DNA of 60,550 nt, the filler included, from Sphacelaria rigidula (taxonomy: Eukaryota), in the NCBI GenBank assembly GCA_964200075.2. It is 5 parts of 5 records of this genome, joined end to end, with 100 filler letters (N's around TTAATTAATTAA, not from the genome) between each part and the next. Parts side by side here need not be neighbours in the genome. Positions count along the whole stretch, not along the records: positions 36,393 to 48,421 come from CAXNAA020004213.1; positions 48,522 to 60,550 come from CAXNAA020004214.1; 3 more parts are not named here. One strand, 5' to 3'. Each line of letters starts with the position of its first letter. The first letter of the stretch is position 1. The position numbers were made by a program, and so were the translations under genes. The notes beneath the pieces are model-generated. The model did no database searches, had not been told where the DNA came from, and was given only the letters and a program-made list of their open reading frames with translations. Below, in pieces: positions 48,182-60,550 of this stretch.

Positions 48182-48375
48182 AAAAATTAATAGGGCGGCG
48201 AGTACTCGAGTCACTGCTCGTTGTGGAAAAATTAGTAGAGCGAGCACTCGAGTCATTACTCGTTTTGGAAAAAAGTTAATAGGGCGGCGAGTACTCGAGT
48301 CACTGCTCGTTGTGGAAAAAGTTAGTAGGGCGAGCACTCGAGTCACTGCTCGTTGTGGAAAAAAATAATAGGGAG
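48182..48375. repeat. Tandem repeat of 42-47-bp units alternating as ~88-bp dimers (core gagtactcgagtcactgctcg)
   Basis: Four full units plus a partial unit, read directly. Confidence 0.9.
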
Positions 48376-48421
48376 AAAAATTGAGGTATTGGTGTATGCA
48401 GACAAAATAAGGTTATCAGTG

Positions 48422-48521
48422 NNNNNNNNNNNNNNNNNNNNNNNNNNNNNNNNNNNNNNNNNNNNTTAATTAATTAANNNNNNNNNNNNNNNNNNNNNNN
48501 NNNNNNNNNNNNNNNNNNNNN
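48422..48521. other. Synthetic spacer (segment junction 4)
   Basis: N44-TTAATTAATTAA-N44. Confidence 0.97.
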
Positions 48522-49802
48522 GCACCAATGTGCGAGGTAAGCGTTTTGTCCATTAATGATGCAGACACACCCGGCCGCTGAAAGCCATGAAAAGCCTGCT
48601 CTCTATCGTATCGTAGATTCTCAATCTCACGAAAACATTGTTCTATGTTGGCCGTTGGTGTTACACCACCCCCAGCCTATGTCCCACGAGCTTGATACGC
48701 CACCCTGAGACTCGACCACGACATAGTGACCGATGGAGAATGTAAGCAGTACTGCATAGTCGTATCGCTGTAGAGCTGCACTGTTTCGCATTGTGTCTGC
48801 ATACGGTGTACAGTAGTTCATCAATCGTACTTTCTATTTAGTGTGGGGTCTTCTGAGCAACGATCACGTGTTTAGGTGCCAGAATCTTACATGCCTGTTG
48901 ATTTCTCGAAGCGACCATCAGCTGGACATAACAGAGCTGGGACACCTTGTTGCAGCGTATGCTTGCCACCTTCCGTGCTAACACGACAGCACAGGTACGT
49001 CCTGCGATTCATCATTTCACGTGCGCCTGCTTCCGTGGACGAGGACTGTTTTTTTAAAATTTCAAAATTACAAATGATAAAATTCCAGGTCGGGATCTTA
49101 CAGTACCGCACGTTCGATCAATGTGTCCCATACAGTACTCAGAGCGGGCACGCTGTGTACGAAGTGCTTCGTAGGCAGGAGGTATGTACTGTTGATCCAC
49201 TACTAGAGAGTGAAGTGTTCCGAGACGGAAACAGGCGAACATGCGTGGGAAAAGTACACATGGGGGGCGGTTGTTGGTGCTGTGCACCTGGAGGGATTGC
49301 GAGACCGTAATCCGCGTTCATCATTCAGGTGTGTACTGTGACAGAAAACAGCTCCCATCAGAAATGGTGCAGCGGTACCTACCATGCTAGCCAGGTACGT
49401 GATCGCATGGTGTTTGCACCATATTAGCCAGGTACGTGATCGCATGGTGTTTGCACTGTACTCTGTGCTGTGGCAGCGTGTTTACATTGTGCAACTTTGT
49501 ACCAAACGGGACTGCTCGAGCAGTTGTTCGGATCATTCTATTTGAGTCCGAATGAGTTTCTGACCAATATACGGGGCATCTATGCTGGAGTCATCTTGGC
49601 GGCGAAACATGTTCAACGCCCAGCAAATGACGATTGGCCCCTAGTATGATTGATTGATGTGCGGCATTGTGAAAAGTTATTGCGCGGGTCAAGTCGTATG
49701 GATTCGCTTCCGCTCCACGCCACAACATGCCGCCACTGCATTGTCATTGTGTCGCCACTACATGGGGATCTTCTCATCGGCCTACCTTTCGACACATCAT
49801 AT

Positions 49803-49880
49803 CGTCACTTCATTACATGGGACCGTCACTACACTTCATGGGACCGTCACTACACTTCATGGGACCGTCACTACATGGGT
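49803..49880. repeat. 21-bp tandem repeat (catgggaccgtcactacactt), about 3 copies
   Basis: Read directly from the sequence. Confidence 0.9.
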
Positions 49881-51277
49881 TTCTTCACGTCGGGAAATTG
49901 GGGGCAACCAGTGCCGTTGATCGACAGCAGTAGACACACCGATTGTAAAATTTATTACATGCGTTGCTCACGCCTCGACCATTTTGTTTTGTTCACCCTG
50001 CTTCTACTGTAGCGTTGCGTTTGACTCTTCCCTTCACAGTGAACCATATTTTATTTTATCTTGTTTTATTCTATTCTATTCTATTCTATTTTTATCTACG
50101 TTTACGTCTTTATTTATTTTTGAGGTTTCGGAATTGCACACGAACATCGGAAGAGCGTGCACTTATACTACACCCCCCCCATCCGCCCCTGCCGCTTTTG
50201 CTGTTCGATTTTGCCCGCTCCCGTCGCCCTGAACGTGCCTGCGCAATGCCGCGAGTCATACCGTGGTCGTTGGTATCGCATCATACCATGTTTATTTCCT
50301 CTCCCGCTGATATTTTTCTTACTGTTGAATTTTTTCTCTTTCGCTATCAACTGTTTTATACTGGTGATCCCTTTCCCTCATCATCTGCGTTTAGCAGTCG
50401 TAGCCCACGGCGCACTATTTGCGTCATTTTCTCCTTTCACCGACCCAACGACTTTTTTCTTTTTTGCCCCCCTGTCTGCCGTACGGTACCCCTTGATTTT
50501 CTGCCGTTTTCTCCCCTCTTTCTACATTTTCAGTTATATTCTCTCTACTTCCCGTAGCAATTTTACTCTTCAGCCGTCTTCGCCATTTGATTTTGCTACT
50601 TTCATGTTGCAAGCGTACAGCCCCGCCCATTCATGGTGTTTTTTTGGCAAATATTTCGCTAGAGTCATTGCTTGACGCACGAGAGTACACCCCAGGTACA
50701 TTTGTCTTGAGAAGCCTGCGATGGCAAACTCCAGGGACGACCACTAAGCGCAACGAAAGCCAGCTTGGGATAACGGGTGAGATCGGGCATCGACAGCGGC
50801 TCCACCAATCGTAGCCAACGGCGGTTTGCTAGGCATCTGAGAAGATGGTGTAACCATATATCGGGAAGGTTGTAGCGAACGGTTAACAGGTGGGTGAATC
50901 GGAGAAACGGGAGCTGGTAGGCGTCTTGCTGGGCTCTGGACACCGGGCTGTTCTCCACGGACCTGAAGCAGGTTCTGGTCACCATCAACGGTGAGCTACA
51001 ACTACCCCCTTGTTTGAGAGTACTGTACTCAATTCGCAGCAAATCAAGGCTACTTTGTTTTGTCGAGTAGCGTCACGTAGCTCCCCAAGTGGTCGACCCG
51101 AGACCGCCCGAACAGCACCGATCAAGATTCCGTAACAGGTGTGAGTACTGGTCATTCCGCACAGTTAGCGAAGGAAGAAGGTAAGGGAAGTGCTCTCCGC
51201 AGGGGGGATACGCCTACAAGATCGCCGGCAAAGAGACCCTTTGCGAGAACAGGTGCAGCAAATCTGAGGGAGAGCAT

Positions 51278-51545
51278 ACTCGTTGCTTGCCTTAGTCGCT
51301 AGATCATTGACCACGCATCCCTTTCGAGACGGAGCACCGCTCCTACCCCTAATAGAGACACCTTCAACATTCCGGCACGCATTACGCTTCTTCCATAGCT
51401 CATTACGTTTTTCCCATACTCTGCGCAAAAAACGTTCACGTATCTAATACATCAGACGATTCCATACCTCCTTCGTTCACGTCCCGTATTTCCCCCTCTA
51501 GCACGTGTTTTGAGATCACGCATATTTTCACATTTGCTATCACTC
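51278..51545 (-). mobile_element. 5'-truncated LINE 3' end (same family)
   Basis: The minus strand reads VLEGEIRDVNEGGMES... then WKKRNACRNVEGVSIRGRSGAPSRKGCVVNDLATKASN. Homologous to 20296-20640. Confidence 0.8.
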
Positions 51546-54309
51546 TCATTCGCTGTTCGCTGTCACTCTTCATTTCCTAGTGTATTCTCGAGCCTTGTCT
51601 GTCTATTTTTGCAATCCTTCTACTGGTGCTGAAATTCCCACATAATTATTGGACCTGAAAGGAAACGACTGCCGAAACGGTAGGTGAGAGGCGATCTAAG
51701 TACGAAATGCGATACCTGTGAGTCGATGCTGAGGATTTGCCTGCGGTTCCAAAATATTGATCAGCACTCGAAAATTTAGCAGTAGGCGCCACCCTTTCCA
51801 CGATGCGTGACCGCCCCCTTTCGTCAACAAGTACGAAAGATATCAGGCAAGATGTGCTGACATGCCGTTGTAGGAGGCCCAAGAGGTCAAGCAGTCGCCA
51901 AACAGCCATCAGGTAGGGGGGTGCGATAGACCCATGGGACGAGGTGACCAACTTGCCAACAATTGAGGTAATGTTGTACTCACATACACATACACCTGCA
52001 GGCACTTGACCTCGTTTCTCAACCCCAATTGATTTTCCACAGCCATCAAACCAAGTCAACGGGGTAGTCAGTACACCTGCAGAATGTGCCTAACTTCCGG
52101 TGCCCTTCAAAAGATTCGCTGAACAGAGGCGAAGAGTTCAGCGTGGAGGTAGTCACCCATTGGGGCAGGTGACTGACAAAAGGCATCGCTTTCCGAAGCG
52201 TCAGATCTCCCACGCGGTTAGGACGCAGTCGTAAGACCAGGAGGATGGCTACTGGATATGTTGTCAGAGCTTTGCAAGTTATGTGGGTGAACACGTCTCA
52301 TTAGCTCCTTGAACCACGCGCACATTGCTTGACACACTGCTCCCCTCCCGGAGTTGCCGTGTCAACGGAAAAACAATATCTAAGCTGACTTTCACTTTGA
52401 TCACAAGAAGCAGAACCGAGTGTACAACTGCACCCTTTCGTATAACAGCGCGAATAGCACCTATGCAAGGTAAGACTGGTGATGGATCCGGAAGGTGAGA
52501 TCTCAATGTCGGGACGGCAACGGCAAGAAACTGCAGCACAAGTACATGGTACATGGAAAGTTGGTAAGGATGATGACGGCACGCGATCTGGAGGTGGTGA
52601 TGCAAGGACACAAAATACGTACGCGCAAGATAGTTCGCCATAGATCGAACATCATACCGTTACCCGCCCCACCCCAGATATCCAATTGCTTGAGCACCAG
52701 ACTTCGAGGCGACGCCAACCTTTAAAACCTCACACCTCACCTCCTCACCCTGAAACACTGTCGCGAGTCTGAAAAAAAAAACAGGTTGGAAATGGCGAGC
52801 AAAGGTTCAGGATGGAGCAATGTCAGAGGGGCTACCAGAAAGCAAAGTCCTGGAAAGCCTGATGCTTCCACGAGTGGACGGGTTCCACACCCCCTGGCAT
52901 CTGCACTACCCAGCCAAGGCATCAAGTATGCCATCCCGCCCGAACACGCCAGGTCCCTCTGTCGCACAGTGATGTCCTGAACTTGTTCCCCATAGGTTTC
53001 GCATTTCGAGAGGATTTTGACGGAGCTCAGCGAAACGGATACGTGTTCGACGACGGTGAATGCTTCCGAAGAGTGATGAGACGACCAAGACTGCGTGGAG
53101 TCTTCGAGTGAAGAGCTCCAGCAAGTGGCCCAGACGAGCGAGCCGATGGCATTGAGCGAACAAAGCAGAGAAAAGAATAATATTGTACGAAGGAAAGAGC
53201 AGGAGATTGTTTTGTGGTGCATTACAGGAGCGAGCAGCGCTTTGTACTTACTTGTATTCTATTTTTTATATAATGAGCAGTAGTTCAGTACTGTTTCTTT
53301 TCATTGAAACAACTGTTCAATATTTACTTTTTTTCCACTCTCTTCGGGTCTGTTTTCACTCGTGTTTTCCCGTTGATCATGGGCTCGGCTATATACCTTG
53401 TATCGTTCCCGCTTTACTTTCTCACCTTATAACGTTTGATCTTGATTTTGTTGGGCGCCTTCTCGAATTGTTTGCCTCGTTTTTTCGGATCATAACTTCC
53501 TTCTTAGGCCCTCATATTTGTTTCTCCGTTCGGTTTTCTAGTCTGGTTCTATTTGTTCCTTTTCCATCAACCATTTTGATCCCTCTTGATTTCGTATGAC
53601 CTCATCCTCCTTCTCGTGTCAGTCCTTTTTATTTTTTGTTTTCATGTTTCATGAGTTGTTTTTTTCGTTGTATGGACGTGGTATGTCCTCCCTAGTTTTC
53701 CTTCATGTTTCCGTTTCCTTCCTCCCCTTCTCCTCTTTTATTGTGGGCCTGGTTCGTTCCTTCAGCATTATGTTTTGGTTTCTCCTTTCCTTTCCACCTT
53801 TTCGCGGAGTTGATCTTACTCCGCTCTTTATTTGTTTCCCGGCCTTGCCTTCCATGAAGATCATTTATTTCTTGGTTCCGTCAGACCTGTTCCCACCCTC
53901 CGTTTCACGTACCCGGTTCGTTCATCACGGTTCTTCGCTCTCGGAGAATGTTGATCTGATTTTTAGGGTGCCCCACCCCTTGCGAGTAGAGCAACTCATA
54001 TCGTAGAGTAAGCATTGTACAAAGAGGGTGGGCACCGAGTACCTGCTTGGACACTGTACCATGACGGAACTGTTAATCTACAATTCAGGAGTCCCCCGGT
54101 GTGCAGTAGGTCAGTTGCTACTGGTCGGTGAAAGAATTGCTTACACACTCCCATCAACCAGTGAGCGCTTTCTTGTTTTTTTTCAGTGGGTCAGCTTTTT
54201 TGCGAGTCCCACACTACCCAGGATCGATCTAATCGGTCACGGGTGTCTAAGCGCCGTTGCCACCTGGGGATAGTTTTTGACTTTTCTCAGTGGTTTCTGT
54301 TTTCAGTGT

Positions 54310-57300
54310 ATGAAGGAATTTCCGCTGCTCCCCTGATGCACATCCCCTTCGAGACGTGCGTCACAGAGCCTGCCGCACCAAACACCACATCTCCGGCGGA
54401 GTCAGTACATTGTGTCGATGAACCTTATTTCGATCTCGCCTCTGCTACTTCACCCCAGGTCCACACCATCGATCCTGCCCAGTCAAATTCCGATTCTCCT
54501 GCTGAAGTGCTTCAACGTTTTTCACCAGATTCCCGGAATAGCTTCTTGCACATGTGGGACCAACTGCCGCCACACATGCGCGACATCAATTTTGACCTTC
54601 ATGGGCCCGGCTGGGAACCGGCAGCATCCAAGAACTCAGTGCTGTTCTGCTACAGTACCAACACCAATTTTCTCGATCCAAAAGGATCTTGGGCATTGAA
54701 AAACACTGCCCTTTGAGGTTACCCTCCAACCCGGTGTCTCGCCGATCTCTTCTCGACCATAGCGTACCAATCCAATACTTACCAAGAAAGTTAACGCCAT
54801 CTTGGATGCGTATCTGGGAGCGGGACTAATACAACATTCCTCCTCTCCTTGGGCCTCGCCACTTGTGGTCGTCCCCAAAAAGGATGGAAACATACGCATC
54901 ACCGTGAATTATCAACGGTTGAACCACGTCTCTGTCGTCGGTAAAGTTCCGATTCCCCGAATTGATAAAGTCTTCGACTCCTTAGGCGAAGGCAAAATAT
55001 TCAGCACCTTCGACCTCGCTTCTGGATTTTTCAGAATGCTATACACCCTGACACAGTCCCACTGACGGCTTTTTGCACCTCGTCCGGACTCTATGAGTGG
55101 CTTCGCATGCCACGAGGCGCTGCCACTGCCCCGGGATGCTTGCAACGCTTAATGCAACGCGTTACCGAGGGCCTCGAGCACACCATCATGTACTTGGATG
55201 ACGCTATCGCTTTCGATGCCTCACCTATTGCACATATACGCTCTCTGCGAGAATTTCTCTGTCGCCTACGTGCGCACGATTTGAAACTGTCTCCATCCAA
55301 AGCTCGCCTTGGCGCGACTGACTTGGATTCTTGGGGCATGCCAATTCGCCAGTAGGCCTGCATCCGGATACAAACAAAGTCAAGGCGATGACTGATTTGC
55401 CGATGCCAACTAACATTTCTCAACTTTGCTCATTGTTGGGTGAGCTATCCTACTACCGTAAATGTTTGTCGAACTTATCGAAACGGATTCGCCCCCTCAC
55501 TGAGCTACTCAAGAAAGGAGCCGTGTTTTCTTTCACCACAGAAATGGAGACTATCACCCGCGAAATACTCAAGACGCTCACCGAAAAAGCCCGTACTTAG
55601 CTGTCCTGATTGGGAGGCAGTACAAGATGGCTCCCGCCTTTTCCAACCCCATACTGACGCCAGCACAAATGTATTTGGAGAAGTTTTGAATCAACCTCAG
55701 GTTGATGGCTCTGTCCGACCCATCCTTTATATCAGCTGCGCTACCCTGCCCAACGAGGCCAATTGGAGCCCGCTAGAACTGGAATGTGGAGTAATCACTT
55801 GGGCCATTAAGCGCCTTCGACAATATCTGTTTCACATGCCCTTCGATCTATACGGATCACGGAGCACTTGAGCAACTCGCCAAGGTTGGTGAACACAACC
55901 CTCGTGTACAACGATGGTTGAAATTTCTAACAGCATACCAGTATACCATTAAGCACCGTCCAGGCAAAACCAACGGGAACGCGGATCTTCTTTTCCGCCT
56001 GCCTCTGCCGCCTACGGCCGCAGATTCCAGCTCGGCTTGCCGTTTATCGGAACCCGATGAACCCGGAATTTACGCGATCAGACGTTCTTCAACGCCCGTT
56101 TACGCCCTCGACCTCCAGTGCCCGGAAACAGGTATGCATATGAGAGGACCTCGCCCTCTACCATATGACGCTATCCTGGGTGGGTTAAAGCCCACTACCC
56201 CCGATTTTGTCCATTTTCGCACTTTCGGTACTCGCACGAAACTCTTCGCGGAGACACCCCCAGTCACCCACCTTATCTCCGATAACACCCGCTCCCGGTC
56301 CGCCGCCCGCATCACACCGAGTGCCTCGCCGCCACCGACAACACCTGCAACCGCTACGAGCCACCCGACACAAGCTCCGCGGACCAAAACGCTCCGCGAA
56401 AACTTCTGCACCGTGCACCACGCGCCGCGGACAACCTTCGCCGCGCACTGAAACAACCCCGCCGCCAATGACGGCGCCGCAAACATCTTCTGCCCCCGAG
56501 CACGGAACTGACGCCTTGTCTCCTGCTCTCGAGACAGACATTGACGTCGGCATTTCTGCCCCGTCGCCTGTTCCCCCGCCGCCTGCCCTACCATGTTTGG
56601 TCGGCTCGCCAGCGGAAGGCCAACTACGCGAGTTTCTCGCCAGCTGCTCCCACCGTGAATGGGGCTCGTGAACAAAACGCAGAACTGCTATGTCGCGCAG
56701 CCATCCGGTACTTACAGCTTGACTGTCCAGTCCCTTTTCCGTCCACACTTCTGGCCCCGGTTGGGACACTGCCACCGCCAGTTATTTCTGACGTATACGA
56801 TCTCGTGCGTAAAGACACCCTTTTTACTACCGATGAAGGCGTGCAACTACTCGTACGTCGGCCCACGCCCTTGGCACGCGCAATTGCCGCTTCAACTACG
56901 GGACGCACCGCTCGACTACTCAATGACGAACCAACGCGCATATATGTGCCATTATTAATGCGCCCCTGGGTCATGAAAGGCTGCCATACAGAGTTGTCAT
57001 GCCAACTTGGCGTCACCCGCATCCTCGCGCTCTTGGAACGCTTCTACTGGTGGGTGGGCATGGAAATTTTAACCCGTTTCCGGATTCGGCGATGCTGTCA
57101 ATGCCAAGCCCGAAAACCTTCACGACAGACAGTACGCTGGCCCGTGATCTCTATGGGACTCCCCGACGAGCCCGGCCACCTTATGTCCTTTGACTACTTC
57201 GGCCCTCTCCCGACCACAGGTCGCGGCAACACCTATATCTTACTCTTCACTGACCGCTTTAGCCGCCACGTGTCCATGTACGCGGTAACCGCCGCAGATT

Positions 57301-59010
57301 TCACTGCCGCTGGAACGGCCGACATACTGGTCCATGATTACATTAAGCACTACGGCTGCCCGAAGCGACTACTTTCAGATAATGGGTCAGACCTCTCGGA
57401 TGAGCTTTACAAGCTCCTGGGCATCCGCAAAATTGCCACGAGCGCCTACCACCCAAACGGTAACGGCGGGACCGAAAGAGTTAATCACACCATGGCCCAG
57501 ATGCTCTCTATGGTTGTCAATGACCGCCAAAATGACTGGGACCTACATCTCGCGTACATCATGTTGTCCTACAACAACTCGGTTAATAACGCCACAGGCC
57601 TTTCTCCGAACGAACTCCATCTTGGACACTACCCTCGGCTGCCTATCACCGTGTTCGAGCGACACACGTTCGACGGTCATCAAGGGTTGGATCAGGATCA
57701 GATATCCTACAACGAGCTCGATCATGCACGACAACGCAAAGCGTTCACCCTCGTGCGCGAACAACACGCTACCAATGCCTCGCGCCTGGAGAGATCTAAC
57801 ACTGCTCTCTACAACCTCATGCACAAACGCCCTAACTGGAAAGTTGGTGATTGGGTTTGGATCTACAACAGCTTGTCGACCATCAAGGCACCAGCAAGGC
57901 AGCCAACGAAACAATTTTGAAGACGAAATGGTCCCTCAATTGGATAGGATCTTTCAAGATCCTGACAGTCGGATCTTCGTCATCATCACCGGATGGAAAC
58001 TCGTTGGTGACAAACTGCTCTATCTCGACTTGCCTCACAACTTCCAGGGCAAAGACACCAAGTCCCGCGTCTCCGTGCACACATGCGAACACTGCACGAG
58101 CCCAAATGATACAAGCGACATGCCCAAGTACCTGCCGGCCGGACTCACACAGTATGTTCTCAACAGCTACTCGACCAAGTCCCCGCCCTACCACGTTACA
58201 ACCGACGACGTGATGGAACAGCCCCTTCGGTTGGCTGTGTCCTCCATTTCCGGCCACGAGATACCCGTGGCCGAGAAGGACATATGCCGAGATAGCCCCC
58301 CCACAAAATTTGCACCGGCACCATCCAACGAACCGGATGCGATCCCACTATTGGGCTCGTTTCCAGCAATTTCGCCTACATGAGAGGCGTGTAGCAGTCC
58401 GAAATAAGCTATAACGCTTAAATCAGTTGCGTCGTGGAGCACGAAACCAGCTTTAACGGTAGTTATGATCATCGCCTCCGTGCACGTTTTTGGCCGGTTT
58501 GCGGGGGGGGCTATCTCGGCAGCAGTCGGAGGCAAGATTGCTGTCGTGTATAAGACACACTGGCACGGTCTTCAGAGAGCGTCTTGGGAACGCGAATCCG
58601 ACCTGCAATTGTACCGTCGTGCAATCCTCCTTTACTGGACGCAATCCCAACATCAGCATCTTGCTCACAACAAGAAATATCGCAACATGTGCCGTGGCGT
58701 AGCAGCCCGCGAACTTCACCGCAACCGGCGACTCCTGCCCAAGGGCAGCTACCTTTGGTTCAAAAGCAGCGACAATCTTCGGTGGTTGGGTCAGACCCAC
58801 TCCGCAAACCTGGTGTCGGCGGACACATATATCGTGCGCTTCATCGATGACCCTGGGCCCATACAGTTCAAGCTTCGGCCAGCACTTTACACCACCAGCC
58901 CATCTGCACCCCGCGGATCCTGGTGTCTCCAGCGCCTCAAGTCCAAAGGACTTCGCCGCGGTCTCCAGCGCAACATCAACCACACCCACGACGTCCACGC
59001 CCCGCTTTGA
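54310..59010 (+). mobile_element. Degenerate Ty3/gypsy (chromovirus-like) pol: RT - RNase H - integrase - chromodomain-like region; 5'-truncated, LTRs not identified
   Basis: RT motifs SSSPWASPLVVVPKKDG, FSTFDLASGFF, GLYEWLRMP and MYLDD. RNase H motifs HTDAS and WSPLELEC. Integrase zinc finger GCH...CCQC, then DYFGPLP, DRFSR, SDNG and GGTERVN. Chromo-like THWHGLQRASWERESDL. Multiple frameshifts and stops. Confidence 0.95.
58279..58527. mobile_element. MITE, GAC-terminus family, 249 bp, nested in the gypsy chromodomain region
   Basis: gaag|GACATATGCCGAGATAGCCCCCCC ... GGGGGGGCTATCTCGGCAGCAGTC|ggag. Removing the element plus one 4-bp copy restores cgt ggc cga gga ggc aag att (RGRGGKI). Confidence 0.9.
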
Positions 59011-59457
59011 ACCACGTTTCTTTGTCGCGACTGTTGTCCCACCCCCATTTTTTCCAGTCAGCATCGTGTGCACCCCCCCCTTCTCCACCAGGATCCTCTT
59101 CTACTACACCACAATCGCGCGACCTACATTGGACAACTATCAAGAACTACTGACACGACCGCTACCTACGACTACTGGAGCCGTAGTATCCACTCCATCT
59201 GGCGCTCGATCTTGTCGGATCACCGATTTTCAAATTTTCGGTCTTGCAGTTTTTAGCACCTTTGGATTCCTCCATGTTAAAGCTCTGCTCCCTGTTGTAC
59301 CTCCCTGTTTTCCCCCTTGACGTTTGAACGACGCCCAAGCAATTTGTGCTTCTTTGTTAATCGCTTGCACGCCGAAGCAGTTTGTGCTTACGCGTTTCGG
59401 AGCAGCTTTTTCTGCTCCTCGAAGCAGTCTATGCTTCCCTTCTTTTGAGGTGTGGGT

Positions 59458-59534
59458 GACACTTTCTACGATAGCCCCCTCGCAAACGTGACACTTTTAG
59501 CTGGTTTTGGGGGGGGGCTATCGTAGAACGTGTC
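59458..59534. mobile_element. 77-bp minimal MITE of the GAC family (essentially two TIRs)
   Basis: gggt|GACACTTTCTACGATAGCCCCC...GGGGGCTATCGTAGAACGTGTC|ggga. Same TIR as 21524-21780. Confidence 0.8.
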
Positions 59535-60550
59535 GGGAGTGGGTACAGGATTGTTGGTACGGGAATGTTAGGTACGGGAGTGTTCATTTAGGTATGCTTT
59601 ATTAGCCGCTCATGACTTGACGAGTAAAGAAAAACCTTAGTTTTCGCTGCTTGAGGATAAATCCTTGCAGCTGTAATAAAGGTTCGTCTGGGTGGGTTAG
59701 TGTCATGAAGATGTATACTAGCCTGTTGTCGTGCCGCTTCAGACCCGTTGTCGAAGTCTGGCTTTCGTTGTCAAAGTCTGGCTTTCGGTAATATTGGGAA
59801 TCCCGGTAAATAAGGAATCCCGGTAGACAAGGCTACAGGTCTGTTCAGAGTTGGTCGGATACGAATGTGAACTTGTATAATTACAGGAATGGCTTTGTCT
59901 TTGATCATGCTTCACCATCAAAGCCCCCCCCATCAAGCACTATCAACTGCTCCTATCTGCTAGCCAGCAAAAGGAAGTCTAACCATCGGTGAGAGATATT
60001 GACTGGTCCGGGTTGGATTGATTGAGTGGTATCGGAGTTAGAATCAAGATAATTAAGAGAGAAGTCAAGAACCTATTGCGTGATCCTCGGATAACTTCTG
60101 GATATTGAGCAGGTTACACGGCATCTACAAGTTGTAATAGCCTGACGGTTGAACAATTGCCTGCCAAGCTTGTGCCTTGGGTTGCAAGCTGTGTCCTTGC
60201 ATTATACTGCCGCTTGCTCTTTATCACACTAAGTAAAAGTGATGTCGATCCCATAGACTACACATGATCGCCGGCTATCCATGGTCGCATTCAAACACTT
60301 ACAGTTGGTCTGGACGTAGTTTCGAAAACCGAACTGTTATGTTTTCATGCAGTCACCGTTACGAATTTGGGTACATAATAACATGTTGTTACCATGTGTG
60401 ACCTCTCGGCATACGCTCTGCAGACGAAAGTCAGAAGAGTAGAGCGGCGAAACCTCCAGATTGCAGCTGAGTCATCCTACGATAGGGGGGGGGGGGGGGA
60501 TTTGGTTGCAAGAAAAAAGAGGCACATAAGTGTGTCAGACATCCTTACAC

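Noticed and set aside
48182-48375. CRISPR-like array (also considered for 10989-11835, 42350-42690 and 49803-49880)
   Set aside because: The units are head-to-tail with no unique spacers, there are no cas genes, and the context is eukaryotic.
49964-50675. Phe/Leu-rich 'membrane protein' ORFs (also 53183-54006)
   Set aside because: These arise from T/C-rich low-complexity non-coding sequence.
50690-53200. Decayed coding-like region upstream of the gypsy pol (possible gag or another element)
   Set aside because: Apart from the LINE fragment at 51278-51545, no gag, protease or transposase motif could be supported.

Overview
This window is eukaryotic and looks like brown-algal (Phaeophyceae/stramenopile) nuclear DNA. 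That is an inference from GT-AG intron style, GC-rich exons, poly-C/G tracts and the repeat families. It is not one contiguous locus: four identical 100-nt synthetic spacers (N44-TTAATTAATTAA-N44) split it into five segments of about 12.03 kb. Segment 1 holds the last two very large exons of a separase (peptidase C50) gene on the minus strand, with a SAP-like motif inserted in the protease region. Segment 2 holds five exons of an ankyrin-repeat gene, reconstructed by splicing and missed by the ORF track, plus Harbinger-, mariner- and piggyBac-like non-autonomous elements. Segment 3 holds an intronless 1214-aa FAAP100-like (Fanconi anaemia core complex) gene, head-to-head with a small polyQ membrane-protein ORF. 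Segment 4 holds a decayed Ty1/copia pol, a 43-bp minisatellite and the first exon of a secreted protein. Segment 5 holds a decayed Ty3/gypsy pol whose chromodomain-like region is split by a MITE. Two repeat families recur across segments: a ~250-270-bp MITE family with GAC/GAG termini and 4-bp TSDs, and a LINE family that ends about 3 nt after its ORF stop codon, lacks a poly(A) tail and usually abuts C-runs. I found no CRISPR array, rRNA or intact tRNA, and no clear multi-gene novel system. The best leads are the FAAP100-like gene, the SAP-containing separase and these two transposon families.
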